A program made the translations under genes and the position numbers. Shown here in pieces: positions 1 to 7,953 of a stretch of DNA of 64,000 nt. Each line of letters opens with the position of its first letter. Positions within the stretch are counted from its first letter, which is position 1. Below the pieces are notes generated by a model. It ran no database searches. It worked only from the letters and a program-made list of their open reading frames with translations, and had not been told where the DNA came from. The stretch comes from an uncultured Eubacteriales bacterium (lineage in GTDB: Bacteria > Bacillota > Clostridia > Oscillospirales > CAG-272). The stretch covers positions 22,581 through 86,580 of the forward strand of contig CAKSLQ010000011.1 in the NCBI GenBank assembly GCA_934467415.1. Reading direction: 5' to 3'.

Positions 1-284
1 TCCCCGCCGATGCGCGTCACCTTGACGAGCACAAAGGCCAGAATCGGCAGCGCCGTGAACAGCACAATGCCCGCGACGAGCGACCAGACCAGCAGCATAT
101 CGTCCCGTTCACCCGGCGCGGACACGCTGGAAAGCACCATGCAGGGGAAAGCGACGCTGAGCAGGATCGCCGAGAGCGTGCGGTTGCCCTCCTGCGTCAC
201 AATGTGCAGCTTGGCCGCGCCGTACCCGACGGCGAGCATGGCCAGCATCATCAGCATCTGCGAGACTACATTCCAAATGTTCAT
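1..284 (-). CDS. AEC-family (auxin efflux carrier / malate-permease-like) membrane transporter, N-terminal fragment; the gene continues beyond the window start
   Basis: Absent from the ORF track because it is truncated. The reverse-strand ATG at 284..282 opens MNIWNVVSQMLMMLAMLAVGYGAAKLHIVTQEGNRTLSAILLSVAFPCMVLSSV... It has hydrophobic TM helices and an N-terminal pattern typical of AEC transporters. Confidence 0.5.
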   Translation of the reverse strand, partial: MNIWNVVSQMLMMLAMLAVGYGAAKLHIVTQEGNRTLSAILLSVAFPCMVLSSVSAPGERDDMLLVWSLVAGIVLFTALPILAFVLVKVTRIGG

Positions 285-399
285 GTTAAGTTACAAACCG
301 TCCGTGAAAAAAGTTGCTCTTACATTCTACTATTTTCACGGCATAGTGTCAAGCAAATTAAATCGTCAAAAATCTGACGATTTTTGTGCAATTTGCGCG

Positions 400-1119
400 T
401 CAGTGCCGCTCCGTGCGCCGTGCATCCGCCGCGATGAAGCCTTTCAGCGCGTCGAGCGCGTCGGAAAGCCCGCCGACCGCGTCGATCAGCCCGCAGCCGA
501 CCGCCTCGCGCCCGTCGATGATGGTGCCGACATCGTTGGCAAGCTCGCTCGTGTTGTTCATCATCTCGCGCAGCTTCCCCTCGGCGACCTGCGAATGCGC
601 GCAGATGAAGTGCACAATGCGATCCTGCATCTTGTCGAAATAGTAGAAGGTCTGCGGCACGCCGATGATCGTCCCGCTGGTGCGCACGGGGTGCAGCGTC
701 ATGGTGGCGCTCGGCACGATGAAGGACTTTCTGCCGCAGACTGCCAGCGGCACGCCGATGGAATGCCCGCCGCCGAGCACCAGCGTCACGGCAGGTTTTT
801 TCATGGACGCCACCATCTCGGCGATCGCCAGCCCCGCCTCCACGTCGCCTCCCATCGTGTTGAGGATGAGCAGCAGGCCGTCGATCTCCCGGCTCTCCTC
901 CACGGCGCAGAGCAGCGGGATGAGATGCTCGTATTTGGTGGTCTTCTGCGTCTGGTCGAGGACGTAGTGCCCCTCGATCTGCCCGATGATGGACAGGCAG
1001 TGGATGGTCTCGCCGTCGCTCCTTGCCGTCACGCCGCCGCTCTTCGCGATTTCCTCAAGATGCGCGCCGATCGGACTCTCGCTTCCCTCTTTTTCTTCTT
1101 TTTCCGGTTTTTCGTTCAT
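400..1119 (-). CDS. ClpP-fold serine protease-like protein (TepA / translocation-enhancing-protein-like)
   Basis: The ORF 400..1146 is trimmed to the ATG at 1119, which is preceded by AAAGGAGAGGGAG. ClpP-like blocks are present: LLLILNTMGGDVEAGLAI, GGGHSIG (Ser) and MTLHPV (His). Confidence 0.75.
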   Translation of the reverse strand: MNEKPEKEEKEGSESPIGAHLEEIAKSGGVTARSDGETIHCLSIIGQIEGHYVLDQTQKTTKYEHLIPLLCAVEESREIDGLLLILNTMGGDVEAGLAIAEMVASMKKPAVTLVLGGGHSIGVPLAVCGRKSFIVPSATMTLHPVRTSGTIIGVPQTFYYFDKMQDRIVHFICAHSQVAEGKLREMMNNTSELANDVGTIIDGREAVGCGLIDAVGGLSDALDALKGFIAADARRTERH

Positions 1120-1189
1120 GCTCCCTCTCCTTTTATCGTTTTTCATACAAGCACGATAAAAATATGCCCGAAATTTTTCTTTTTACGCA

Positions 1190-1218
1190 TTTACAAAGCC
1201 GATTCCCTGTGATATAAT
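1190..1218 (+). promoter_or_regulatory. Sigma-A type promoter of the pduL operon
   Basis: TTTACA (1190-1195), 17-nt spacer, TGaTATAAT extended -10 (1210-1218). It lies about 50 nt upstream of the pduL ATG. Confidence 0.55.
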
Positions 1219-1269
1219 TAACGATGGAAAAACGCAAAATTTGTTTTTTTACATAAGAAGGAGAACATC

Positions 1270-1845
1270 ATGGCAGAAAAATTCCTCGTTGAAACCTCGG
1301 CGCGTCATGTTCACCTGACCGACGCAGATATCGAGACCCTCTTCGGCAAGGGCGCAAAGCTCACGCACAAGAAGGATCTGAGCCAGCCCGGCCAGTTTGC
1401 CTGCGAAGAGCGCGTCACGCTCGTCGGCCCCAAAAAGTCGATTCCGAACGTCATCATCCTCGGGCCCGCCAGAAAGGCGACGCAGGTGGAGGTATCCTTT
1501 ACCGATGCGCGCACGCTCGGCGTGACCGCACCCGTCCGCGAGAGCGGCGACATCGCCGGCTCCGGCGCATGTAAGATTGTCGGCCCCGCAGGCGAGGTTG
1601 ACCTCACCGAGGGCGTGATCGTGGCAAAGCGCCACATCCACATGACCCCCGACGATGCAGCACGCTTCGGCGTCAAGGACAAGGACATCGTCAAGGTCGC
1701 GCTCGAGAGCGACGGCAGAAGCACGGTCTACGGCGACGTGGTCGTCCGCGTCAACCCGAACTTCGCGCTCGCGATGCACATCGACACCGATGAGGCCAAT
1801 GCGGCATGCGCGTTCGGCACGTTCTACGGCGAAATCGTAAAGTAA
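1270..1845 (+). CDS. pduL: Phosphate propanoyltransferase (PduL-type phosphotransacylase)
   Basis: 191 aa. Motifs SARHVHL and AKRHIHMTP, with duplicated PduL half-domains. GGAG SD upstream. Confidence 0.85.
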   Translation: MAEKFLVETSARHVHLTDADIETLFGKGAKLTHKKDLSQPGQFACEERVTLVGPKKSIPNVIILGPARKATQVEVSFTDARTLGVTAPVRESGDIAGSGACKIVGPAGEVDLTEGVIVAKRHIHMTPDDAARFGVKDKDIVKVALESDGRSTVYGDVVVRVNPNFALAMHIDTDEANAACAFGTFYGEIVK

Positions 1846-1873
1846 TAAACCATTCACATAAGGAGACAGAACA

Positions 1874-2590
1874 ATGAGCAAAGAATTTTCCTGTGAATAT
1901 GCCATGAGCGCAGAAGTGCAGCACATGAGCCATGTCACAAAGGGCTGCGATCACGGTCCCGCTCCGATCCCGGAAGAGGGCAAGTGGATCCAGTCCAAGC
2001 AGATCACCGACATCTCCGGCTATACGCACGGCATCGGCTGGTGCGCACCGCAGCAGGGCGCATGTAAGCTCTCGCTGAACGTCAAGAACGGCGTCATCGA
2101 AGAGGCGCTGGTCGAGACGGTCGGCTGCTCGGGTATGACCCACTCCGCGGCAATGGCGGCGGAAATTCTCCCCGGCAAGACCGTGCTGGAAGCACTCAAT
2201 ACCGACCTCGTCTGCGACGCGATCAACACCGCGATGCGTGAGCTGTTCCTCCAGATCGCCTATGGCAGAACCCAGTCGGCGTTCTCCGAGGGCGGCCTCG
2301 TCATCGGCGCGGGTATGGAAGACCTCGGCAAGGGTGCACGCTCCATGGTCGGCACGATGTACGGCACCAAGGCGAAGGGCGTTCGCTACCTCGAAATGAC
2401 CGAGGGCTACTGCACGAGAATGGCGCTCGATGCCAACGACGAAGTCATCGGCTACGAATTTGTTTCGCTCGGCAAGATGACCGACTTCATCAAGAAGGGC
2501 ATGGAGCCCGGCGAAGCCTACAAGAAATCCATCGGTACGTACGGCCGCTTCAACGAAGCCGTCCGCTACATTGATCCGCGTGAGGAATAA
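1874..2590 (+). CDS. NifU/IscU-like iron-sulfur scaffold-like protein with N- and C-terminal extensions
   Basis: 238 aa. Cys-containing blocks GIGWCAPQQGACKL and VGCSGMTHSAAMAAE resemble the NifU N-terminal domain. AAGGAGA SD. It starts 28 nt after pduL. Confidence 0.6.
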   Translation: MSKEFSCEYAMSAEVQHMSHVTKGCDHGPAPIPEEGKWIQSKQITDISGYTHGIGWCAPQQGACKLSLNVKNGVIEEALVETVGCSGMTHSAAMAAEILPGKTVLEALNTDLVCDAINTAMRELFLQIAYGRTQSAFSEGGLVIGAGMEDLGKGARSMVGTMYGTKAKGVRYLEMTEGYCTRMALDANDEVIGYEFVSLGKMTDFIKKGMEPGEAYKKSIGTYGRFNEAVRYIDPREE

Positions 2591-2604
2591 GGAGGAGCAG
2601 CGAA

Positions 2605-3603
2605 ATGGCACAGTTTGAAGGTTACGAAAGACGCGAGGCGAAGATCCTCGGCGTCCTGAAAGAATACGGCATTTCCTCCATCGACGAATGCAAGGAGATC
2701 ACCCTCGCAAAGGGGATCGACGTGGACCAGATCGTCCGCTCCACGCAGCCGATCTGCTTTGAAAACGCTGTCTGGGCATACACCGTCGGCGCGGCGATCG
2801 CGCTGAAGAAGGGCTGCACCAAGGCGGCGGACGCGGCGGCGGCGATCGGTATCGGTCTCCAGTCGTTCTGCATCCCCGGCTCGGTCGCGGAGAACCGCAA
2901 GGTCGGTCTCGGCCACGGCAACCTCGGCGCAATGCTGCTCTCGGATGAGACCGAGTGCTTCTGCTTCCTCGCAGGCCACGAGTCCTTCGCGGCGGCCGAG
3001 GGCGCTATCAAGATCGCACTCAACGCAAACAAGGTCAGAACGAAGCCTCTGCGCGTCATTCTGAACGGTCTCGGCAAGGATGCAGCCTACATCATCTCCC
3101 GCATCAACGGCTTCACCTACTGCAAGACCGTGTTTGACCCCTACACCGAGACGGTCACCGTCGAGAAGGAAATTCCGTTCTCGAACGGCCCGCGCGCGGC
3201 GGTCAAGTGCTACGGCGCTGACAACGTGCCGGAGGGCGTCGCCATCATGCGGCTGGAGAACGTCGGCGTTTCCATCACCGGCAACTCCACCAACCCGACC
3301 CGCTTCCAGCACCCCGTTGCCGGCACCTACAAGAAGTGGTGCGTCGAGAACGGCGTGAAGTACTTCTCGGTTGCATCGGGCGGCGGTACGGGTCGTACCC
3401 TGCACCCCGACAACATGGCTGCCGGTCCTTCCTCTTACGGCATGACCGACACCATGGGCAGAATGCACTCCGACGCACAGTTCGCCGGCTCGTCCTCTGT
3501 CCCGGCGCACGTTGAGATGATGGGTCTCATCGGCATGGGCAACAACCCGATGGTCGGCGCAACCGTTGCAGTCGCCGTCGCGGTCGAGGAAGCTTGCAAA
3601 TAA
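2605..3603 (+). CDS. GGGtGRT family protein (function unknown)
   Basis: 332 aa. It contains the eponymous SVASGGGTGRTLHPD motif and starts 14 nt after the NifU-like gene. Confidence 0.8.
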   Translation: MAQFEGYERREAKILGVLKEYGISSIDECKEITLAKGIDVDQIVRSTQPICFENAVWAYTVGAAIALKKGCTKAADAAAAIGIGLQSFCIPGSVAENRKVGLGHGNLGAMLLSDETECFCFLAGHESFAAAEGAIKIALNANKVRTKPLRVILNGLGKDAAYIISRINGFTYCKTVFDPYTETVTVEKEIPFSNGPRAAVKCYGADNVPEGVAIMRLENVGVSITGNSTNPTRFQHPVAGTYKKWCVENGVKYFSVASGGGTGRTLHPDNMAAGPSSYGMTDTMGRMHSDAQFAGSSSVPAHVEMMGLIGMGNNPMVGATVAVAVAVEEACK

Positions 3604-3618
3604 GCATTCAAATCAAAA

Positions 3619-3646
3619 AGGAAACGCTGCGGCGTTTCCTTTTTTC
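3619..3646 (+). terminator. Rho-independent terminator of the pduL operon
   Basis: AGGAAACGC-tgcg-GCGTTTCCT followed by TTTTT. Confidence 0.7.
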
Positions 3647-3663
3647 ATGCGCTGCGGGCAAAG

Positions 3664-3691
3664 AAAAACCGACGGTTTCCCGTCGGTTTTT
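3664..3691. terminator. Bidirectional hairpin terminator; closes the minus-strand beta-helix/peptide cassette
   Basis: AAAAACCGACGG-tttc-CCGTCGGTTTTT, with A- and T-runs on both sides. It lies 18 nt past the small-ORF stop. Confidence 0.7.
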
Positions 3692-3709
3692 GCTTTTTCC
3701 TATGTAAGC

Positions 3710-3877
3710 TCAGTTCCAGATGTCGCTGTAACGCAGCTCGGTCTTTGCGCCCGTGTAGTCCTCGGCGAGGCTGCCGTGCAGAACCGTCGGCTCCGTGCTG
3801 CCGCCGCTGGCCAGCAGAACGTCCACCGTCGAAACGCGGATGTATTCCAGCCTCGGCTGTTCGTAATTCTTTCTCAT
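3710..3877 (-). CDS. Unannotated small ORF (55 aa), member of a two-copy peptide family in this window
   Basis: Below the ORF-track size cutoff. GGAGG lies 8 nt upstream of the ATG at 3877. Translation: MRKNYEQPRLEYIRVSTVDVLLASGGSTEPTVLHGSLAEDYTGAKTELRYSDIWN. It shares an N-terminal motif with the ORF at 20940..21119 and has the same position relative to a paralogous upstream gene. Confidence 0.6.
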   Translation of the reverse strand: MRKNYEQPRLEYIRVSTVDVLLASGGSTEPTVLHGSLAEDYTGAKTELRYSDIWN

Positions 3878-3890
3878 GTCGATAGCCTCC

Positions 3891-5231
3891 TTATTCCTGC
3901 GGGATCAGACCGTTTACGGTAACGGCCTCGAGCGGCAGAACGATCTGCGTGCCGCCCGCAAGGTTGACATATGCCCATGCATAGATCGCGGTGTCCAGCG
4001 CGGTGTCCGGAATGTTCACGAGATCGACCGCGTAGGTCGTCGTGCCGGTGAACGACTCGGTCAGCGTTGCAGTGGCGATATTGACCTTCTCGGCATTCTG
4101 CGCGACCATGACGCCGTAGCTCTCAACCGTCTGCCCCTCTGCGACGTCCAGGCTGACGATGTAGCGGACAGTCGCAGTGTTGTTGCTGTAGATCGCCGCC
4201 GTGACGCTTGCCGCCGCCAGCTTGACCGGCGCTGCATCAAAGCCCTTAGCGATCTCTGCATAGTTTGCAGCGGCGAGCGCGGCATCGGATGCGTGCAGCG
4301 TGGTCGTGCCGGTCACTTCCACCGCCACGTTGCCCGCGGCGGGATTGATCCAATCCAGCGCGCCGATGCTGCCGCCGTTCCAGTTGACCGTGATGTTCTC
4401 GGCCGTCGTGCCTGTATTGGCAACCGAAATCACCTGATCCACCTGCGCCTGATCGGTAACCGTGAGATTGACGTTGCCGAGCGTGGTGTTCGGCGACTGC
4501 GCCGTGGTCAGATAGAGCGCATCGACCTGTGCCGTGCCCTCCACCGTGATGTTGGCATCACCGTAGACCTTGCCCGCCGTGCTGATACCGCGGCAGTAGC
4601 CGATGACGACCAGGCTGTTGCCCGACTTGAGCGTGATATTCACCGGGTCGGTGTTCGTCGTCTTCGGCGCTGCTCCATTCGTACCCGACTTTGCCTGATA
4701 GCCGCCGAGAATCGAGAACGCCGTTGCGGTCGCGCCGCCCGGATAGTTCTCCATCACAACGCCCTCACCGACCGTGATCGGGTGATGAGCGCCGACCACG
4801 AGGAAGAACTTGTTCTTTGTCGCCGTGTTCTTGAACGTGATGTTCTCAAACGTGGTTGCGCCGCTGCAATAGAAGCGAATGCCGCCCGCGGTGTTGTAGA
4901 CCGCATTGTTCGTCTCGCGGTAGTCCACCCCACCGTAGACGCTGGTGATTGTGACCGACTTCGGCCAGTTTTGGCGTACAAAGTAATTGTTCGCCACATG
5001 AGTGAACGGGCCGCAGACCACGACCGTGCAGTCCAGCGAATTGTCGAGTGCGGCGAATGCCGTGTTGATCGACTTCGTGGGGCTTTCGGGCGACGAACCG
5101 TCACCCGTCGCGCCGTCCATCAGATAGACGACGCTTTGTCCCTCTGCCGCGTCGGCCTGTACGGCAAACGGAATTGCCAGCAGCACCATCGCCAGCAGCA
5201 GGACGCCAAGGAGTTTGAAATGCTTGTTCAA
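3891..5231 (-). CDS. Secreted beta-helix-like protein, paralog A (signal peptide plus DUF1565/pectate-lyase-like N-terminal module plus C-terminal beta-sandwich-like domain)
   Basis: The track ORF runs to 5291. A TTG at 5231 with AAAGGGG 9 nt upstream gives (M)NKHFKLLGVLLLAMVLLAIPFAVQA as a signal peptide, and the predicted promoter (5295-5323) lies downstream of the 5291 ATG. Module motifs: VVYLMDGATGDGSSPESP and TITSVYGGVDYR. Confidence 0.7.
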   Translation of the reverse strand: MNKHFKLLGVLLLAMVLLAIPFAVQADAAEGQSVVYLMDGATGDGSSPESPTKSINTAFAALDNSLDCTVVVCGPFTHVANNYFVRQNWPKSVTITSVYGGVDYRETNNAVYNTAGGIRFYCSGATTFENITFKNTATKNKFFLVVGAHHPITVGEGVVMENYPGGATATAFSILGGYQAKSGTNGAAPKTTNTDPVNITLKSGNSLVVIGYCRGISTAGKVYGDANITVEGTAQVDALYLTTAQSPNTTLGNVNLTVTDQAQVDQVISVANTGTTAENITVNWNGGSIGALDWINPAAGNVAVEVTGTTTLHASDAALAAANYAEIAKGFDAAPVKLAAASVTAAIYSNNTATVRYIVSLDVAEGQTVESYGVMVAQNAEKVNIATATLTESFTGTTTYAVDLVNIPDTALDTAIYAWAYVNLAGGTQIVLPLEAVTVNGLIPQE

Positions 5232-5294
5232 TGCTTGAAATCCCCTTTCTTCCGCTTCAACCGTTTTTGGGTATGAAGCTTGATTATACATTTA

Positions 5295-5323
5295 AGTATA
5301 ACAATAATATTTTACACCGTCAA
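5295..5323 (-). promoter_or_regulatory. Promoter of the paralog A / small ORF cassette
   Basis: On the reverse strand: TTGACG, 17 nt, TATACT. Confidence 0.5.
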
Positions 5324-5474
5324 GGCAAAGATTTTTTCGGATTTGTGGAAAATGTTTGTACTTCGCTGAATAATTTGCACGTTTTTTGTGCAAAAATCGA
5401 CATATTCAACGATTTTGCTCCCGAATCCGCCGTTTCAGCCGCCCGATTCCTGTTCCCGATGCCGTGCCGCCGTG

Positions 5475-5521
5475 CAAAAAAACGAACATGCCCCGCCGGA
5501 GCGGGGCATGTTCGTTTTTTC
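5475..5521. terminator. Bidirectional terminator after the sugar-kinase gene
   Basis: 16-bp perfect stem AACGAACATGCCCCGC-cgga-GCGGGGCATGTTCGTT, flanked by an A-run and a T-run. Confidence 0.75.
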
Positions 5522-5550
5522 GGGAAGACTATGAAAAAAATCGGGTAAAA

Positions 5551-6510
5551 TCAGTTGCTTGCCGTGCGGACGAGGTCTGCGACCTCCTCCGCCGCGGGCA
5601 TGGCACACATGGCGCCCTTGCGCATGGTGATCAGCGACGCCGCCGCATTGGCGAACGTCAGCATTTCACGGAGCGATTCCGCCGTGAAATCCATGCCGTG
5701 CTCCAGCACATGGTGCAGCGCGCAGGCGCAGAAGGTATCGCCCGCGCCGGTGGTGTCCGCCACCTTGTCGTGCAGGAATGCCGGCGCATCGACGCGCAGA
5801 TCGCCGAAGTAGGCGCGGCTGCCGTCTTTGCCGAGGGTGAGCAGGATCAGCGGGATGCCGTACTGCTTTTGCAGCCGACGCACGCCCGCGTCGAAATCCG
5901 TCTCGCCCGTGGCGAATTGCAGCTCGTTATCTGCAATTTTCAATATATCGCATTGGTCGAATCCGTAGTGCATTTTTTCCCTGGCCCGCTCCATGCTGTC
6001 CCAAAGCGGGGGACGCAGGTTCGGGTCGAACGAGCGGAGACAGCCCGCCGCCTTGGCCGCGGCAATGCCGCGCGCCGTTGCTTCGGCAGCGCAGTCGCTC
6101 GTCATGGAGAGTGTGCCGAAGTGGAAGATCCGCGACGCGGCGATGCGGTCGGTCGGCACGTCGTCTGCCGTCAGCATCATGTCCGCGCCTGGGTTGCGGT
6201 AAAAGGAGAAGTCCCGGTCGCCGTTCGGCAGTTTGTGGACGAAGGTCAGCGTGGTGTGCACCTGCTCGTCCATAGAGAGACCGCTGCTGTCGATGCCGAG
6301 GCGCTGAAGCGTCTCCCGCAGCAGGTCGCCGAACATATCGCGGCCGACCTTGCCGATGAAGGCGGTTTTGTGTCCCAGCTTTTGCAGCATGGCCAGCATG
6401 TTGCAGGGCGCGCCGCCGGGGCAGACCTCAAAGAGTGCATTGCCCTGCTCGCTTGTGCCGTAAGGCGCAAAGTCGATCAGCAGCTCGCCGAGCGCAATCA
6501 CGTCATACAT
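5551..6510 (-). CDS. PfkB-family carbohydrate kinase (fructokinase-like)
   Basis: Trimmed to MYDVIALGELLIDF (ATG at 6510). Motifs GGAPCN and DTTGAGDTF. Confidence 0.8.
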   Translation of the reverse strand: MYDVIALGELLIDFAPYGTSEQGNALFEVCPGGAPCNMLAMLQKLGHKTAFIGKVGRDMFGDLLRETLQRLGIDSSGLSMDEQVHTTLTFVHKLPNGDRDFSFYRNPGADMMLTADDVPTDRIAASRIFHFGTLSMTSDCAAEATARGIAAAKAAGCLRSFDPNLRPPLWDSMERAREKMHYGFDQCDILKIADNELQFATGETDFDAGVRRLQKQYGIPLILLTLGKDGSRAYFGDLRVDAPAFLHDKVADTTGAGDTFCACALHHVLEHGMDFTAESLREMLTFANAAASLITMRKGAMCAMPAAEEVADLVRTASN

Positions 6511-7258
6511 GGGTTTCGCCTCGCTTTCCCGCACGGATGACCCGATACGCCGCCTCATCCAGAAACAGCTTGGTGTTCGGATGGAATTGCAGGATGCTTG
6601 CCGGAACCTCGGGACGCACCTTGCCGTAAACCGTTTCGTACAGAATCTCCGCTTTTTCGGCCCCGCTGGCCAGCAGCAGGATCTCTCTTGCGCGGAAGAT
6701 GGTGCCGATGCCCATCGTCAGCGCCTCGCGCGGCACGTCCGCCGCCTTTTCAAAGAAGCGGGCGTTCGCGCGGATGGTCTCCTCCGCAAGCCGCACGCAG
6801 TGCGTGCGCGCGGAGAAGCAGTCTTCCGGCTCGTTGAAGCCGATGTGTCCGTCCGTGCCGATGCCGAGAATCTGCACGTCAACGCCGCCTGCGGCGACGA
6901 CCCGGTTCTCGTATTCGGCGCAGGCATGTGCCGTGTCCTCCGCCGTGCCGTCGATCACATGCAGATGCTCGATCGGCAGATCGGTCACATCCGCGAAGTT
7001 GGTCTTCAGATAGGCATAAAAGGACTGTCGGTCCCGCCGCGTGAGCCCCCGGTATTCGTCCAGCCCGAAGCCGGTCGCCTGCCGGAAGCTGAGACTGCCC
7101 GCCGCATACTGCGCGGCAAGGTTCTCATACATGCCGAGCGGCGATGAGCCGGTGGCAAGGCCGAGAACGAGCGTCGGTTTTTCCCGGACGCGCGCGGCGA
7201 CGATGTCGGCCGCGCGGCGGCTCATCGCCGCATAGTCTTTGTCAACAAAAATCTCCAT
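6503..7258 (-). CDS. nagB: Glucosamine-6-phosphate deaminase
   Basis: Trimmed to MEIFVDKDY (ATG at 7258). Motifs LGLATGSSP and ILGIGTDGHIGFNEP. Confidence 0.85.
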   Translation of the reverse strand: MEIFVDKDYAAMSRRAADIVAARVREKPTLVLGLATGSSPLGMYENLAAQYAAGSLSFRQATGFGLDEYRGLTRRDRQSFYAYLKTNFADVTDLPIEHLHVIDGTAEDTAHACAEYENRVVAAGGVDVQILGIGTDGHIGFNEPEDCFSARTHCVRLAEETIRANARFFEKAADVPREALTMGIGTIFRAREILLLASGAEKAEILYETVYGKVRPEVPASILQFHPNTKLFLDEAAYRVIRAGKRGETHV

Positions 7259-7271
7259 ATCCGTTTCCCGC

Positions 7272-7907
7272 TCAGAGCATCTGCCGCAGCTTCTCCGCCA
7301 CCGCCAGCGCAAACGTGCGGTGCGACGCCACATCAATGTGGATGCCGTCGAGCGGACTGGTTGCCGCATGATCCTCCGCCGCCATGAATTCCACGCCGTA
7401 GCGCGCGGCCAGCGCGCTGTACAGCGGCTTCATCTCGGCCTGCCGCTCCCGGTTGTTGCCGAGGAAGAAGGTGGACGCGAGGTGGCTGTCCTCGACCCTG
7501 CCGATGCGGATCGGCGAGATCAGCAGCACCCGCGGTGCTTTGCCGTCCGCGCCGCAGCCCGAATGCAGGATCGCCTGCAAAATGCGTTCCACGCCGAGCG
7601 TGATGTCCGCCGCGCTCTGGTTGAACCGCCCCTTCAGCTGCACCGTGCCGAGCATCACCACCACCACGTCGATCGGGCGGTGGCTGTCCAGGCAGGGCAT
7701 GAGATAGTCGAGCCCGTTTTTGTAGAGATCGACCGGGTCATCGCAGACCGTCGTGCGGCCGCACTGCCCCTCCTCGATCACGCGCGCCTCGCCGCGCAGC
7801 TCCTCGGTCAGAATACCTGTCCAGCGCTTTTCAAATTCAAGACGACTCTCGTCCACGGGGTTGACGCCCCAGGTGTTCGTGTCGCCGAAGCATAATACTG
7901 TTTTCAT
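7272..7907 (-). CDS. SGNH-hydrolase-fold protein (MsAcT/arylesterase-like) with non-canonical active-site residues
   Basis: 211 aa. It is collinear with MsAcT-type SGNH enzymes. Block I reads CFGDTNTWG (Thr in place of the Ser nucleophile). Block III reads MLGTVQLK instead of GTND. Block V, DGIHI, is kept. Confidence 0.7.
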   Translation of the reverse strand: MKTVLCFGDTNTWGVNPVDESRLEFEKRWTGILTEELRGEARVIEEGQCGRTTVCDDPVDLYKNGLDYLMPCLDSHRPIDVVVVMLGTVQLKGRFNQSAADITLGVERILQAILHSGCGADGKAPRVLLISPIRIGRVEDSHLASTFFLGNNRERQAEMKPLYSALAARYGVEFMAAEDHAATSPLDGIHIDVASHRTFALAVAEKLRQML

Positions 7908-7953
7908 TCCGCTCCTTCAATTCCGGGGCGGTCGCCCGCCCCGGCCGTCATCA

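Noticed and set aside
10-1212. A 400-aa plus-strand ORF at the window start.
   Set aside because: It spans the reverse-strand AEC transporter fragment, an intergenic region and the TepA-like gene. Its composition is low-complexity and it has no start context.
5232-5291. N-terminal extensions proposed by the ORF track for several genes: 5291, 12684, 13944, 15542, 20900, 22786, 28136, 31026, 45481, 50013, 22455(+), 45186(+), 57989(+) and 59430(+).
   Set aside because: Internal starts have good SD sequences and give proper signal peptides or family-typical N-termini. In several cases the predicted -10 box lies downstream of the extended start.
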